Assembly: GCA_041658425.1 (NCBI GenBank)
Contig: JBBAAF010000001.1
Span: 26,793-90,792, forward strand
Direction of reading: 5' to 3'
DNA: 64,000 nucleotides
Origin: Bacteroidales bacterium
Lineage (GTDB): Bacteria; Bacteroidota; Bacteroidia; Bacteroidales; UBA12481
Positions 7,570-17,254 of the stretch are shown here, in pieces. How positions within the stretch are numbered: position 1 is the stretch's first letter; every line of letters starts with the position of its first letter. The position numbers were made by a program, and so were the translations under genes. The notes under the pieces were generated by a model, which was given only the letters and a program-made list of their open reading frames with translations, was not told the origin of the DNA and ran no database searches.

Positions 7570-8431
7570 CACGTTCCTTCCCCCTCGCCTTCGCCGACTC
7601 ATAATACCGGCTCAGAAAATCATACAGTACCAGCTCCTGCAGCCGGTGCCGGGTGCGAAAGGCGCGGTTCAGGCTCATGTGGATCAGATCCGGGAGAAGA
7701 TAGGATTCAAATAATTTTGAGCGGTCGCTGAATGTTTCCTGTAGCTGTTGAATAATCCTTCTTGCATCAGCTGAACGTTTTGCTATAAAAACATCAGGTC
7801 CAGCCGTGCCGGTTTCTATCACCGGATTTAACTCTGCTGAAATTTTCCGGTACTTATCATCCAATTGGCCTTTCATGGTCTTATTTAAACCGAACAAGGA
7901 AGCTGCCGATTCTTTTAACCGATTGACTACGTTTATCTTATCATCAATATTTGCCCCGAAGTCATCAAGAAAAACATCAACGGATCGCAACGCACTTTTC
8001 CATATTTCGGGGTCGTCCTCTCCGGCCCGGCGACTGATCTCATCAAGCCAATAAAGCGAATCAATCTCAAACCAGCTTTCAACCATGGACATGCTCTCAA
8101 CGCCATAACGATCATATTCAGGCTCATAGGTGCCGGCTTCTATCTTCCAGATTAAGTCTTCATCCAGCAGTTCGGTGCAGGAGCGCTGAATCTGATTCAA
8201 CAGGATTCCGGAATGAACCGGATCAGATAATAGAAACCTCAGCCGTAAATGGTACTCCGGATCAAGATAGTGGACAAAATGAAACAGTGTTACCAGAGCT
8301 GATTTTTTCCAGTCTGATAATAGTTCCTGGAACGGACCGGTCATCCACTCCTCTAAAGCCTGCGGCCCACCATAAATTTTGATATATAGCCAGTCGCTTC
8401 CGGGAGGGAATTTCAGTGCGGGTTTTTTCAT
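7541..8431 (-). CDS. LanB C-terminal (SpaB_C, thiopeptide-type) glutamate-elimination domain protein; the small half of a split lanthipeptide dehydratase
   Basis: MKKPALKFPPGSDWLYIKIYGG... and FHFVHYLDPEYHLRLRF are typical of TIGR03891-type domains. The ATG overlaps the upstream TGA as ATGA. The C-terminal PPPAPSL tail is encoded by the repeat. Confidence 0.8.
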   Translation of the reverse strand: MKKPALKFPPGSDWLYIKIYGGPQALEEWMTGPFQELLSDWKKSALVTLFHFVHYLDPEYHLRLRFLLSDPVHSGILLNQIQRSCTELLDEDLIWKIEAGTYEPEYDRYGVESMSMVESWFEIDSLYWLDEISRRAGEDDPEIWKSALRSVDVFLDDFGANIDDKINVVNRLKESAASLFGLNKTMKGQLDDKYRKISAELNPVIETGTAGPDVFIAKRSADARRIIQQLQETFSDRSKLFESYLLPDLIHMSLNRAFRTRHRLQELVLYDFLSRYYESAKARGKEREVPPPAPSL

Positions 8432-10650
8432 GATTTCCGGAAGCAAAATACAAACTGGTTGGCATGTGATCCATCCGGACTTTTTACGGGTGTTCCCGGG
8501 GAAAGATAAAAAGGCCGTATCCTCACAAAGGAGTAATTCCGGATAGTATCCCAAAGAGCCATCAAAAGATTAGAATTGGTCCAGTTGAAATAAAGCTCCT
8601 GATCGGATGACATCCACAACATTTCATCGGGCATTTGCCGCTCATTTTTCCATGCGATCAATTCTGATAAATCGAGCTCATTTCTTTCAATATGAATCCA
8701 TTTGGCAATATCGTCACAGCGAATCAACCAAACCGGAGGCGAAAGGATCAGGTTTTTAAAACGGATTCCCGGTATAAAAGGAGCTTGCCTGATAACCTCA
8801 CCCCAATCGGGTTTGTATGCCAGATCGGGATCCTGCAACTGAATGCGATGCAGGAACTTATAAACAGCCAGGTTACCCAGCTGGTGATTATACGCGTTAG
8901 TCGAATACGGATGAATCTTCTTGCCGGAAGTCGCCGAATAGAGAACAATTCGCTGGTTTTCCATGGCAACCAGCAGATCGGTTACCGGGATCTGCTGATC
9001 CTTGATTTTGGCAGAGCGGGCGAGGTAAGGGATCTCAAAATCCAGAAAAGCCGGCCGCTGCAATACATTACCGGTCCGATCCTCAGGCAGGTGAACCACC
9101 TCTGCAAACACCATATCCGGATAGACAGTTTTCTCCTCTTCTATTAACTGATTAATCCACTCGTGGGTAGAATCGGGATCAGCAAATCCAAAACGACCGA
9201 GCAGGTAAGCAGGATTGCCCGATGATCCATGCAGCAGGTGAATATTCAGTTCACCTGGTGATTCTGGTTCAAACAATTCTACCATGGCTGTCATTTGGGT
9301 TGGCCAGTTTCCATTGTGGATTCCAATCGACTGCAAATCTGATGATTCCAGATTGACATATTGTTGCCCAATCCGGATAACTTCATAAAATCTCCCTACC
9401 AGCCAACCATTTCCCTGATTACCTTCGGCGGAACCGGGACTAAAGGCTGGTCCCCAGCGGAGGTCGTCGATCCATGGTACCGGATCGGTCCAATAGCCCT
9501 CAACTGACCCTTCCAGACCAATACCGGTTTCGGGGTCCAGGGCCTTAACCAGCAATATCTTACGGTCGCCATACCGCTTGATGAAAGAATCCCTGAATCC
9601 TTTCAACACATCGGTGCTGCTGGCTGAAGTCAGGGCTTTAATGATCCGCAGTCCCAGTAAAATCTGACCTGATAGGTGTGAATCGATCGTCATGGCACTG
9701 TTGCTCAATTTCATATCCACCTGTATCAAATGGTTTCGGTTTACATATACCGGTATCGTTGCCAGAATGGGATCAATCATGGGCAGATTCGCCAGAACCG
9801 ACGACGGTTGGTTCATCAGGTCAAAGAGGTTTTTCAACTTCACCAACGATCGGACAACATCATGATTTTCAAACTCCTGAGTGAGCTGAGATATCAGACA
9901 TTCAATGTATTCCGGGCCGCAAATAACCGGCTCTAAACCGGTAACGATAACCTGCGAGTCGACTAGCGATTCCACAAAATCCAGCACTTCCGGTTCAGCC
10001 CATCCGCCGGTTATCAGGTATTTCCGGATCTCGTTCAGATTCCGGCCACCGTAACAGAATTCCAGAATATCTCCGATTACACCGCTATCATCGATGGTCA
10101 CGATATCGTAAATCTTTCTTGATTTTCCGGTCGGGATTTTGACTTCCACATAATGCCATCTCGATCCCACACGATACAAAGAGGTATTCGCCGTAAAAAT
10201 GAGCTTTTCCCGGATGGACCGGTCGGATTCAAGAAGGCGGGCTATACCCATCAGATATTCCATATCCGGTCGGGCATGCAGTTGATGATCAACTCTTTCG
10301 CCCAAATTGACTGCTGTTTCTGATCCGATTTTTCCGGTGGAAAAACCGGCAAAAGTTCCGAATGGTGTGCACCTCGATGAGAACCTGCAGAGGTAACGGA
10401 GAAGGGAATACAATAAGCCTGGATCAGGTAAGGTAGATTTACCTCCATTGAATTCCTGCTCAATTCGCTGACTAAACTCGTAACTTCCCAGCACTAGCCC
10501 TTCCCTGATCAAAGCATCCTTCCACAATTCCTTCAGATAGGGGAATAACTGGTCGGGTGAATCCGGTATGGTAGATAAAAAGTTGACAGGCAATAGCGGA
10601 GCCCTGAGCATGAAATGATCATAAGGATCATAGGTAATACGTTTCCCCAT
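8428..10650 (-). CDS. Lantibiotic dehydratase N-terminal (glutamylation) domain protein; the large half of a split LanB
   Basis: 740 aa. The N-terminus FMLRAPLLPVNF, then LYRYLCR...RCTPFGTFAG, match the Lant_dehydr_N family hallmarks. Confidence 0.85.
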   Translation of the reverse strand: MGKRITYDPYDHFMLRAPLLPVNFLSTIPDSPDQLFPYLKELWKDALIREGLVLGSYEFSQRIEQEFNGGKSTLPDPGLLYSLLRYLCRFSSRCTPFGTFAGFSTGKIGSETAVNLGERVDHQLHARPDMEYLMGIARLLESDRSIREKLIFTANTSLYRVGSRWHYVEVKIPTGKSRKIYDIVTIDDSGVIGDILEFCYGGRNLNEIRKYLITGGWAEPEVLDFVESLVDSQVIVTGLEPVICGPEYIECLISQLTQEFENHDVVRSLVKLKNLFDLMNQPSSVLANLPMIDPILATIPVYVNRNHLIQVDMKLSNSAMTIDSHLSGQILLGLRIIKALTSASSTDVLKGFRDSFIKRYGDRKILLVKALDPETGIGLEGSVEGYWTDPVPWIDDLRWGPAFSPGSAEGNQGNGWLVGRFYEVIRIGQQYVNLESSDLQSIGIHNGNWPTQMTAMVELFEPESPGELNIHLLHGSSGNPAYLLGRFGFADPDSTHEWINQLIEEEKTVYPDMVFAEVVHLPEDRTGNVLQRPAFLDFEIPYLARSAKIKDQQIPVTDLLVAMENQRIVLYSATSGKKIHPYSTNAYNHQLGNLAVYKFLHRIQLQDPDLAYKPDWGEVIRQAPFIPGIRFKNLILSPPVWLIRCDDIAKWIHIERNELDLSELIAWKNERQMPDEMLWMSSDQELYFNWTNSNLLMALWDTIRNYSFVRIRPFYLSPGTPVKSPDGSHANQFVFCFRKS

Positions 10651-10659
10651 GTCCTGATC

Positions 10660-11490
10660 TTATATGATAAAATAATTTTCAGGAACATCATTGATTAATC
10701 CAGCTGCTATCGATTTGTCAATCAGTATCCTAATAGCTCTTTTGCCTTCATCACCCAATTCAACGCTGTATTCATTTACAAAGGTTTTCAAATGGGCATC
10801 CAGAACATCCTGATCCATTGATTGTGCGAATTGCCTCATATAGGGGATGGTTCCCTGCGGATTATCGAGCGCAAATTCCAGACTCTTCCGTACCAGCCGG
10901 TTGACTTTTTCAACCACATCCTGCGGCAACCGCCTGTGCGCCATGATCCCGCCCAAAGGGATCGGGGCATCAGCAGATTCCTCCCAATAATGCCCCAGAT
11001 CGCGCAACAGAACCAATCCCCTCTTCTCGTAAGTGAAACGGTTCTCATGAATCAATACACCGGCATCCGTGAGGCCATCGAGAATGGCCTGTTCTATATC
11101 TGAAAAAACAAAAATCTTCTTTTCCTTGATGTTCGGATAGGCCATCCGCAATAGCAGATTAGCCGTGGTATATTCCCCTGGGATAGCAACCGTCATGCTT
11201 AGATACCGCGGATCCAGACACTGGTTTCTTGCCACCAGCACTGGTCCGCTTCCTTTACCCAGTGCACTGCCCGAATCCAGGATCCGATAATTCTTCCATA
11301 CATGGAGCCAGGCGTGGTAAGAAAGTTTGGTAATATCGAGCTCTCCCTTAAATGCCAGCAAATTCAGATCCTCTACATCAGTGAGATACGGAACAAACTC
11401 AAGATCTTCATTATCGATTTTACCATTCACCAGGGCATCGAAAATAAAGGTATCATTCGGACAGGTACTATAGCCCAGACTTATTTTCAT
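10660..11490 (-). CDS. mqnD: 1,4-dihydroxy-6-naphthoate synthase (futalosine pathway, VitK2_biosynth family)
   Basis: The N-terminus GYSTCPNDTFIFDAL is characteristic of MqnD rather than MqnA (ISYLN). 276 aa. Confidence 0.8.
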   Translation of the reverse strand: MKISLGYSTCPNDTFIFDALVNGKIDNEDLEFVPYLTDVEDLNLLAFKGELDITKLSYHAWLHVWKNYRILDSGSALGKGSGPVLVARNQCLDPRYLSMTVAIPGEYTTANLLLRMAYPNIKEKKIFVFSDIEQAILDGLTDAGVLIHENRFTYEKRGLVLLRDLGHYWEESADAPIPLGGIMAHRRLPQDVVEKVNRLVRKSLEFALDNPQGTIPYMRQFAQSMDQDVLDAHLKTFVNEYSVELGDEGKRAIRILIDKSIAAGLINDVPENYFII

Positions 11491-12098
11491 AATAATCCTG
11501 ATATTACTCTGGTTAATGCCTCAATGGCTTCTTCGGTTTTCCAGCTATGCCGGTCGCGGACTCCAACATAATTGGAGATCGCCCGGATCTGGATCACCGG
11601 GATATCCTCCATTTTGCATACATAAAAAACTGCAGCTCCTTCCATACTCTCGATTTGGGGATTGAATTTATCTGCCAGGCGGGCTTTACGTTCCGGGCCT
11701 GCGGTGACCAGATCCACTGTTATTCCGCTAACGGCTTCGAGTTTGAGCGACCGGTCTTCCGGCACATCCATCCAGCCGTTCCGGAAGGGTTTTTCATCGG
11801 GTTGGTCAATTCCCACATCCACAAAGGTATCACGGATAACCTGCACTACTTCACCTGGTTGCAGGGGAAGGAAATAGCTGCCCGCAATACCGGAATGAAT
11901 TACCTTTTCATATCGGTTGGCTGCAAAATGTTTGGTCAGATTATAAATAACAGGCACGGTTCCGATCCCGGCGATCAATAATTTCCAGCCACTATCTTCT
12001 TTTTGATACACAATCGGATCTTCCGTCTGGGTAAACCCGGCAGATCGAATAAGGGGTAACGCTTCAGTGAGCGATGGAATAATAATCAATTGGCTCAT
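11487..12098 (-). CDS. mqnB: Futalosine hydrolase (PNP/UDP phosphorylase family)
   Basis: 203 aa with IAGIGTV, SGIAGS and [12 protein letters not shown] motifs. It has a 4-nt overlap with mqnD. Confidence 0.75.
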   Translation of the reverse strand: MSQLIIIPSLTEALPLIRSAGFTQTEDPIVYQKEDSGWKLLIAGIGTVPVIYNLTKHFAANRYEKVIHSGIAGSYFLPLQPGEVVQVIRDTFVDVGIDQPDEKPFRNGWMDVPEDRSLKLEAVSGITVDLVTAGPERKARLADKFNPQIESMEGAAVFYVCKMEDIPVIQIRAISNYVGVRDRHSWKTEEAIEALTRVISGLL

Positions 12099-12186
12099 TT
12101 ATGGATCAGGATTGATGCCCGAAGTTAATCTTTCTGAACAAAAATTATTCTTTCTTTGTCCTAACATTCTATCAAATATTCACAAA

Positions 12187-12813
12187 ATGGAATTCAATCT
12201 TTACGAGAACAACGGCAATGGTTATCAGAAAATTGAACGTTATGACGATGAGAAAACGGAAGAGTTGGCTCAACATTACCGCAGGATTCTTGATTTGATC
12301 GGTGAAGATTCCAATCGCGAAGGTTTATTAAATACACCTTTGCGTGTGGCTAAATCCATGCAGTTTTTCACTCAGGGTTACAAGCTGGATCCTGTGGAGA
12401 TACTTAAATCAGCCACGTTTCAAGAGGATTACCGCCAGATGGTATTAGTGAAAAATATCGAATTATATAGTCTGTGCGAGCATCATTTACTCCCATTCTT
12501 CGGCAAAGCACATGTAGCCTATATTCCCAACGGTCATGTAACCGGGTTGAGCAAGATAGCCCGTGTAGTGGATGCTTATGCCCGCCGGCTGCAGGTTCAG
12601 GAGCGACTCACAACCCAGATCCGCGATTGTATCCAGGACACGCTTCAGCCGCTTGGAGTAGCCGTAGTTATTGAAGCTCAGCACATGTGTATGCAGATGC
12701 GTGGCATCCAGAAACAGAATTCTGTGACCACGACGTCGGATTTCACCGGGGCTTTCCTGCGGACTGCTACCCGTGAGGAATTCATCCATCTGATCACCGC
12801 ACATCTCCATTAA
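12187..12813 (+). CDS. folE: GTP cyclohydrolase I
   Basis: [32 protein letters not shown] and LQVQERLT motifs. I chose the ATG at 12187 because the longer ORF overlaps mqnB. Confidence 0.95.
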   Translation: MEFNLYENNGNGYQKIERYDDEKTEELAQHYRRILDLIGEDSNREGLLNTPLRVAKSMQFFTQGYKLDPVEILKSATFQEDYRQMVLVKNIELYSLCEHHLLPFFGKAHVAYIPNGHVTGLSKIARVVDAYARRLQVQERLTTQIRDCIQDTLQPLGVAVVIEAQHMCMQMRGIQKQNSVTTTSDFTGAFLRTATREEFIHLITAHLH

Positions 12814-12821
12814 AATTTAAT

Positions 12822-13706
12822 ATGAAGAAAGCGTATGTTTTTCCCGGTCAGGGAGCCCAGTTTCCCGGTATGGGAAAGGATCTGTATGATCAATCTGAAA
12901 TAGCCCGGACCCTTTTTAAAAAGGCTGATGAAATTCTCGGGTTTGGTATTACCGACATCATGTTTAACGGCACCGAAGAAGATCTTCGCCAGACAAAAGT
13001 CACTCAGCCGGCGATTTTCCTGCATTCGGTCATACTGGCTAAAGTGATGGGCGACCGGTTTCAGCCCGACATGGTAGCCGGTCACAGCCTGGGCGAATTC
13101 TCTGCCCTTACTGCCGCCGGTGCCCTGAGCTTTGAAGATGGTCTGACCCTGGTCTCAAAGCGCGCACTGGCGATGCAGAAAGCATGCGAGGCAACGCCAT
13201 CCACCATGGCTGCTATCCTCGGTGTAGACAATGAGGTGGTTGAAAAGGTATGTTCCGAGATCTCTGAAGTAGTGGTCCCGGCTAATTACAATACGGTCGG
13301 GCAGATAGTCATTTCCGGATCCCATGCCGGAATCGACCTTGCCATTGCCAGATTGCAGGAATTGGGAGCCAAACGCGCAATGAAGCTTCAGGTTGGCGGG
13401 GCATTCCACTCGCCGCTGATGGAACCTGCGCGGGCCGAACTCGCAAAAGCGATTGAAGAGGCCCCGATAGTTGCGCCGGTTTGCCCGATATTTCAGAACG
13501 TTGATGCACTTCCTGCCACTGATCCGGGAACCATACGCAAGAACCTGGTAGCCCAATTGACAAGTCCTGTGCGATGGACTCAAACCATACAGAACATGCT
13601 CGCAGATGGAGCTACCCTATTTACCGAAGTTGGCCCGGGTACAGTTTTGCAGGGATTGATTAAAAAGGTTGACCGAAACGTCGAAGCAGTCAGTGCAGCG
13701 CTTTGA
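12822..13706 (+). CDS. fabD: Malonyl-CoA:ACP transacylase
   Basis: FPGQGAQ, GHSLGEFSAL and GAFHSPLM motifs. Confidence 0.95.
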   Translation: MKKAYVFPGQGAQFPGMGKDLYDQSEIARTLFKKADEILGFGITDIMFNGTEEDLRQTKVTQPAIFLHSVILAKVMGDRFQPDMVAGHSLGEFSALTAAGALSFEDGLTLVSKRALAMQKACEATPSTMAAILGVDNEVVEKVCSEISEVVVPANYNTVGQIVISGSHAGIDLAIARLQELGAKRAMKLQVGGAFHSPLMEPARAELAKAIEEAPIVAPVCPIFQNVDALPATDPGTIRKNLVAQLTSPVRWTQTIQNMLADGATLFTEVGPGTVLQGLIKKVDRNVEAVSAAL

Positions 13707-13730
13707 CCGTCCCTTTTATGATATAATTCA

Positions 13731-15071
13731 TCAGTTAATCGGAACTGGATTTTTGGGAAGGGTAAACGTTACCCGGGTCCAGACACCGACTTCGCTGGCA
13801 ACCCAGATCCTGCCTTGGTGATTCTCTATGATTTGCTTTACAATAGAAAGTCCAAGGCCGGATCCTGTTTTTATGTCTTTCGGAACATTGCTGGCCCGGT
13901 AAAATTCATCAAATATTTTTGAAAGTTCCTCCTTTGGAATCCCGATCCCTGAATCCGACACCTCTGCAATAATTTGATCCGGCTGGTTTTTAACTGATAG
14001 GCCGATGTGGCCTCCGGGTGGAGTGTATTTCACAGCATTCATCAGGAGGTTTGAAAACAATTCTTCAAGAGTAAAGGGATTACCGACAATTTTTGGGATG
14101 GAATTATCAAAATAGAAATTGAATTTGATGGATTTGTCCGCCGCGAGAATCTGGACAGTTGATACTACTTTTTGTACAAGATCTTTCAACAAAAACTCCT
14201 CAAACTCCTTTTCCTGCTTCAATCGTTTCTGGGTAAGGTTTAAAAGATCCTTAACAAAACTTGTAAGCAATTCTGTTCTTACATAAGCCCGGTTGATGAA
14301 TTCCTCTTGTCTTTCATTCAGCGATCCGGTAATTTTTGTTCGGACAACCGAAAGGCTGCTGATAATAGCTGCCAGATGCCCTTTGATATCATGTGTTACA
14401 CGTAACACGTATTGATGCTGCAGTTTATCCTTCTTTTCAAGTTCTATATTCGATCTCACATAGGATTCTTCGATTTTGATTGATCTGGTAAAGATCATGT
14501 GAGTCAAGCTAACCAAAAGAAAAGAAGTGAAACTGAAGATGAAACCGGTTCCTATGAGGTAAAACTGATTTTGGTACAAATCATGATTTACAAATCCTTT
14601 CAGATTATAATGAGGTATCACTCCGAAATATTCAAGAAAAGCCAGTAATGCCACAAGGATGAGAGCAAAGGTTGTATGCAGGTAACTTTCAATGGAGGTA
14701 AATATCGAACTGGCAATAATCATATGAAAAAAGTAGAAGACAATTAAAGGATTTTCTATGCCCCCGGAATAGTGAAGCATTAAGGTCAAAATAATAAGAT
14801 CGGTGATTATCTGGAAGTGTATTTCCCGTTTGATCCATACGATTATCGGGCCGCTTTCTTTCCTGATGATCCGTCGCAGAAGAAGGAAATGAATACTGTT
14901 CAGGGTCAGAAGAATCAGGGTCAGGATGTATATGGGTGTATCCTGAATGGATACACTGAACAGATTTTTAACAAGATAGGCTGATATTATAAGAACGACA
15001 ATGGCAATCCACCTGATTCTGATAAACCATTTGGCAAATAGCACATGGGCAGGGATCAGTCTTTTATCCAT
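13731..15071 (-). CDS. Membrane sensor histidine kinase with an N-terminal domain of about 6 TM helices plus HisKA and HATPase_c
   Basis: H-box VTHDIKGHLAAI, N-box LLMNAVKYTPPGG, G1 DSGIGIP, G2 GSGLGLSIVK. The ATG at 15071 lies 1 nt after the upstream stop. The track ORF starts at a TTG at 15095. Confidence 0.85.
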   Translation of the reverse strand: MDKRLIPAHVLFAKWFIRIRWIAIVVLIISAYLVKNLFSVSIQDTPIYILTLILLTLNSIHFLLLRRIIRKESGPIIVWIKREIHFQIITDLIILTLMLHYSGGIENPLIVFYFFHMIIASSIFTSIESYLHTTFALILVALLAFLEYFGVIPHYNLKGFVNHDLYQNQFYLIGTGFIFSFTSFLLVSLTHMIFTRSIKIEESYVRSNIELEKKDKLQHQYVLRVTHDIKGHLAAIISSLSVVRTKITGSLNERQEEFINRAYVRTELLTSFVKDLLNLTQKRLKQEKEFEEFLLKDLVQKVVSTVQILAADKSIKFNFYFDNSIPKIVGNPFTLEELFSNLLMNAVKYTPPGGHIGLSVKNQPDQIIAEVSDSGIGIPKEELSKIFDEFYRASNVPKDIKTGSGLGLSIVKQIIENHQGRIWVASEVGVWTRVTFTLPKNPVPIN

Positions 15072-15072
15072 A

Positions 15073-15462
15073 CTAACTGGACAGAATTTCTTCAATCATC
15101 CTCGCCAGGATAATCGGATCGATCGGTTTATCCTGAAACCGGACGTTAGGAAATAAAATCTCATCTTCCACTCCTGAAGCCAGATTAACCCCGAGTTGAT
15201 CGACCATACCCGTTAGTATAATGATCGGCAATTTTTTAAACTCAGGTTCTTTTTTGATCAGGTGTAACAGGTTATACCCCTCAAGATTGGTTCTCATCAT
15301 CACATCAAGAACCAGAAGATCAGGCTTTTCACTCCGGAGTAGGGCCAAACCGTCGGTGCCATTATCTGAGGTAATCACAACAAACCCTTGACTTTCAATT
15401 GTAACCTGAATAGATCTGAGCAGGTCTTCATCGTCATCAATTAATAAAACCTTTTTATTCAT
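15073..15462 (-). CDS. Stand-alone receiver (CheY-like) response regulator with no output domain
   Basis: 129 aa. VLLIDDDEDL, phospho-acceptor context DLLVLDVMM, and PIIILTG. Confidence 0.9.
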   Translation of the reverse strand: MNKKVLLIDDDEDLLRSIQVTIESQGFVVITSDNGTDGLALLRSEKPDLLVLDVMMRTNLEGYNLLHLIKKEPEFKKLPIIILTGMVDQLGVNLASGVEDEILFPNVRFQDKPIDPIILARMIEEILSS

Positions 15463-15488
15463 AACTATTGATTTTATTTAACTTTCGA

Positions 15489-17234
15489 TTACGCATATTC
15501 AATCTTACTGATTAATGCATCGATCTGGGCAAGGACCTGATGATCTGAAAATTGACGTCCTTTAATGGCAGCCGATGGGCAAGCAGCTACACAAACGCCA
15601 CATGCCTTGCACAGTGCACTGATAATATGGCTTTGCCTTTTTTCTTCGTCGTATTCAATAGCGCTGAACGGACATAGCTTGTTACAGAACCGGCAGCCCG
15701 AGCAAAGATTTTCATCAACTTCGGAGTATACGGCATCAACCTCAATTTTGCCCTTGGATATCTTTGCCAGTATCCGTGCTGCAACTGCCCTTGCTTGTGC
15801 TACTGAATCCGGAATATCTTTGGGTGCCACACAGGTTCCGGCAATAAAGATACCGTCGGTGGTTGTTGCTACAGGTTCCAGTTTCGGATGGCTTTCGATA
15901 AACCATCCGTCTTTATCCTGGCTGATATTGACCAGGTGCGCAACTTCGGCAGAATCCTCACGGGCTTCCATACCTACCATAAGCACAACCAGATCGGCTG
16001 GGATCTCTATGAGCTCACCCGAAAGTTTCTCGTTGACTTCAATCAGCATTTCACAATCGTCCTTCGGACCTGCCCGATGAATAACCGGACGGTCGCCCTT
16101 TTCATACATCAGGAATAAAGTCTTAACCTCTGAGGAGCGTTTGTAGAATTCTTCATGACCTTTGCCGAAAGCGTGCATATCAATATAAATATCTGACACG
16201 TAACTTGCCGGATTGGCAGATTTAATCTCGTGAACATATTTTAGTGCCGTCATGCAGCATACCCGTGAACAGTAGGAATGAAATTCAACATTCCTGCTTC
16301 CGACGCAATGGATAATGGCAACGTATTGCGGAACCTTACCTTCTTTTGTTTCAATGCGGCCGGCACGAATCATCTTTTCCAGTTCAAAAGATGTAATTAC
16401 GTTGGGCAGTTTCCCGTATCCATAATGAGTAACCCGGGAAGCATCAAATTCCTTGTACCCGGTACACACAGCAACACTCCCGATCCGAACTTCAATAGGC
16501 TTAGTCCCCGTACTTTCTTGACCATTCTGTTTCTCGATATTAGCCGTGAAATTGCCGACGAATCCGGTCAGACTGGTCACTTTTGATTGCAGGTGTAACT
16601 GAATCTGCTTGTTGTTGAATACGCGGGTAATACGTTCAGTTAAGAGATCGCGTGCCGAATAAAGGTAGGGAGCGGTAAGATCCACACGCGCCAGATTGCC
16701 GCCTAGGCGGCTATCTTTTTCAACCAGATAGACCAGGTAACCTGAGTCCGCCAGTTCCAGGGCTGTAGTCATTCCCGCAATGCCTCCCCCAATAACCAGC
16801 ACATTCGGACACATATCAACCGAAATACTTTCCAGCGGCTCATGTAGCTCGACGCGCTTAACCGCTGCATAGGTTAAAGCCATGGCTTTTTTTGTTGCCT
16901 CCACCGGATCATCGTGAACCCAGCTGCATTGTTCGCGGATATTCGCCATCTCAAACAGGTACTGGTTTAGACCAGCAGTTCTCAGGGCTCCCCTGAAGGT
17001 TCGCTCATGCATATTTGGACTACAGGCAGCAACAACAATACGGTTGAGCTGGTTTTGTTTAATATCCTGGACGATCATTTCCTGCCCGGGATTCGAACAC
17101 ATATATTTATACGTTTTCACTAAGGTCACATTTGGAATGGTGGATATAAACTTTGCAACTGATTCCACATCCACCATTTTGGCAATGTTGGTGCCACACA
17201 TACATAAATAAACTCCTATTCTGCACTCTTTCAT
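15489..17234 (-). CDS. hdrA: HdrA-like flavoprotein, type 1 (N-terminal Cys domain plus C-terminal 2x[4Fe-4S] ferredoxin domain), module B
   Basis: GVYLCMCGTNIA...VVAACSP; GGGIAG; HCVGSRNVEFHSYCSRVCC; C-terminal CSGCRFCNKLCP and CKACGVCVAACP. Confidence 0.85.
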   Translation of the reverse strand: MKECRIGVYLCMCGTNIAKMVDVESVAKFISTIPNVTLVKTYKYMCSNPGQEMIVQDIKQNQLNRIVVAACSPNMHERTFRGALRTAGLNQYLFEMANIREQCSWVHDDPVEATKKAMALTYAAVKRVELHEPLESISVDMCPNVLVIGGGIAGMTTALELADSGYLVYLVEKDSRLGGNLARVDLTAPYLYSARDLLTERITRVFNNKQIQLHLQSKVTSLTGFVGNFTANIEKQNGQESTGTKPIEVRIGSVAVCTGYKEFDASRVTHYGYGKLPNVITSFELEKMIRAGRIETKEGKVPQYVAIIHCVGSRNVEFHSYCSRVCCMTALKYVHEIKSANPASYVSDIYIDMHAFGKGHEEFYKRSSEVKTLFLMYEKGDRPVIHRAGPKDDCEMLIEVNEKLSGELIEIPADLVVLMVGMEAREDSAEVAHLVNISQDKDGWFIESHPKLEPVATTTDGIFIAGTCVAPKDIPDSVAQARAVAARILAKISKGKIEVDAVYSEVDENLCSGCRFCNKLCPFSAIEYDEEKRQSHIISALCKACGVCVAACPSAAIKGRQFSDHQVLAQIDALISKIEYA

Positions 17235-17254
17235 GACTTCAAATTTTATTTGAT

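Noticed and set aside
8428-8554. Apparent 127-nt overlap between the two LanB ORFs, raising the question of a frameshifted pseudogene of a full-length LanB
   Set aside because: The downstream protein has a native-looking start (MKKPALKF...) at an ATG that forms an ATGA overlap with the upstream stop. The longer extension uses a non-conserved upstream start. Split LanB proteins are an established arrangement, so a frameshift does not need to be invoked.
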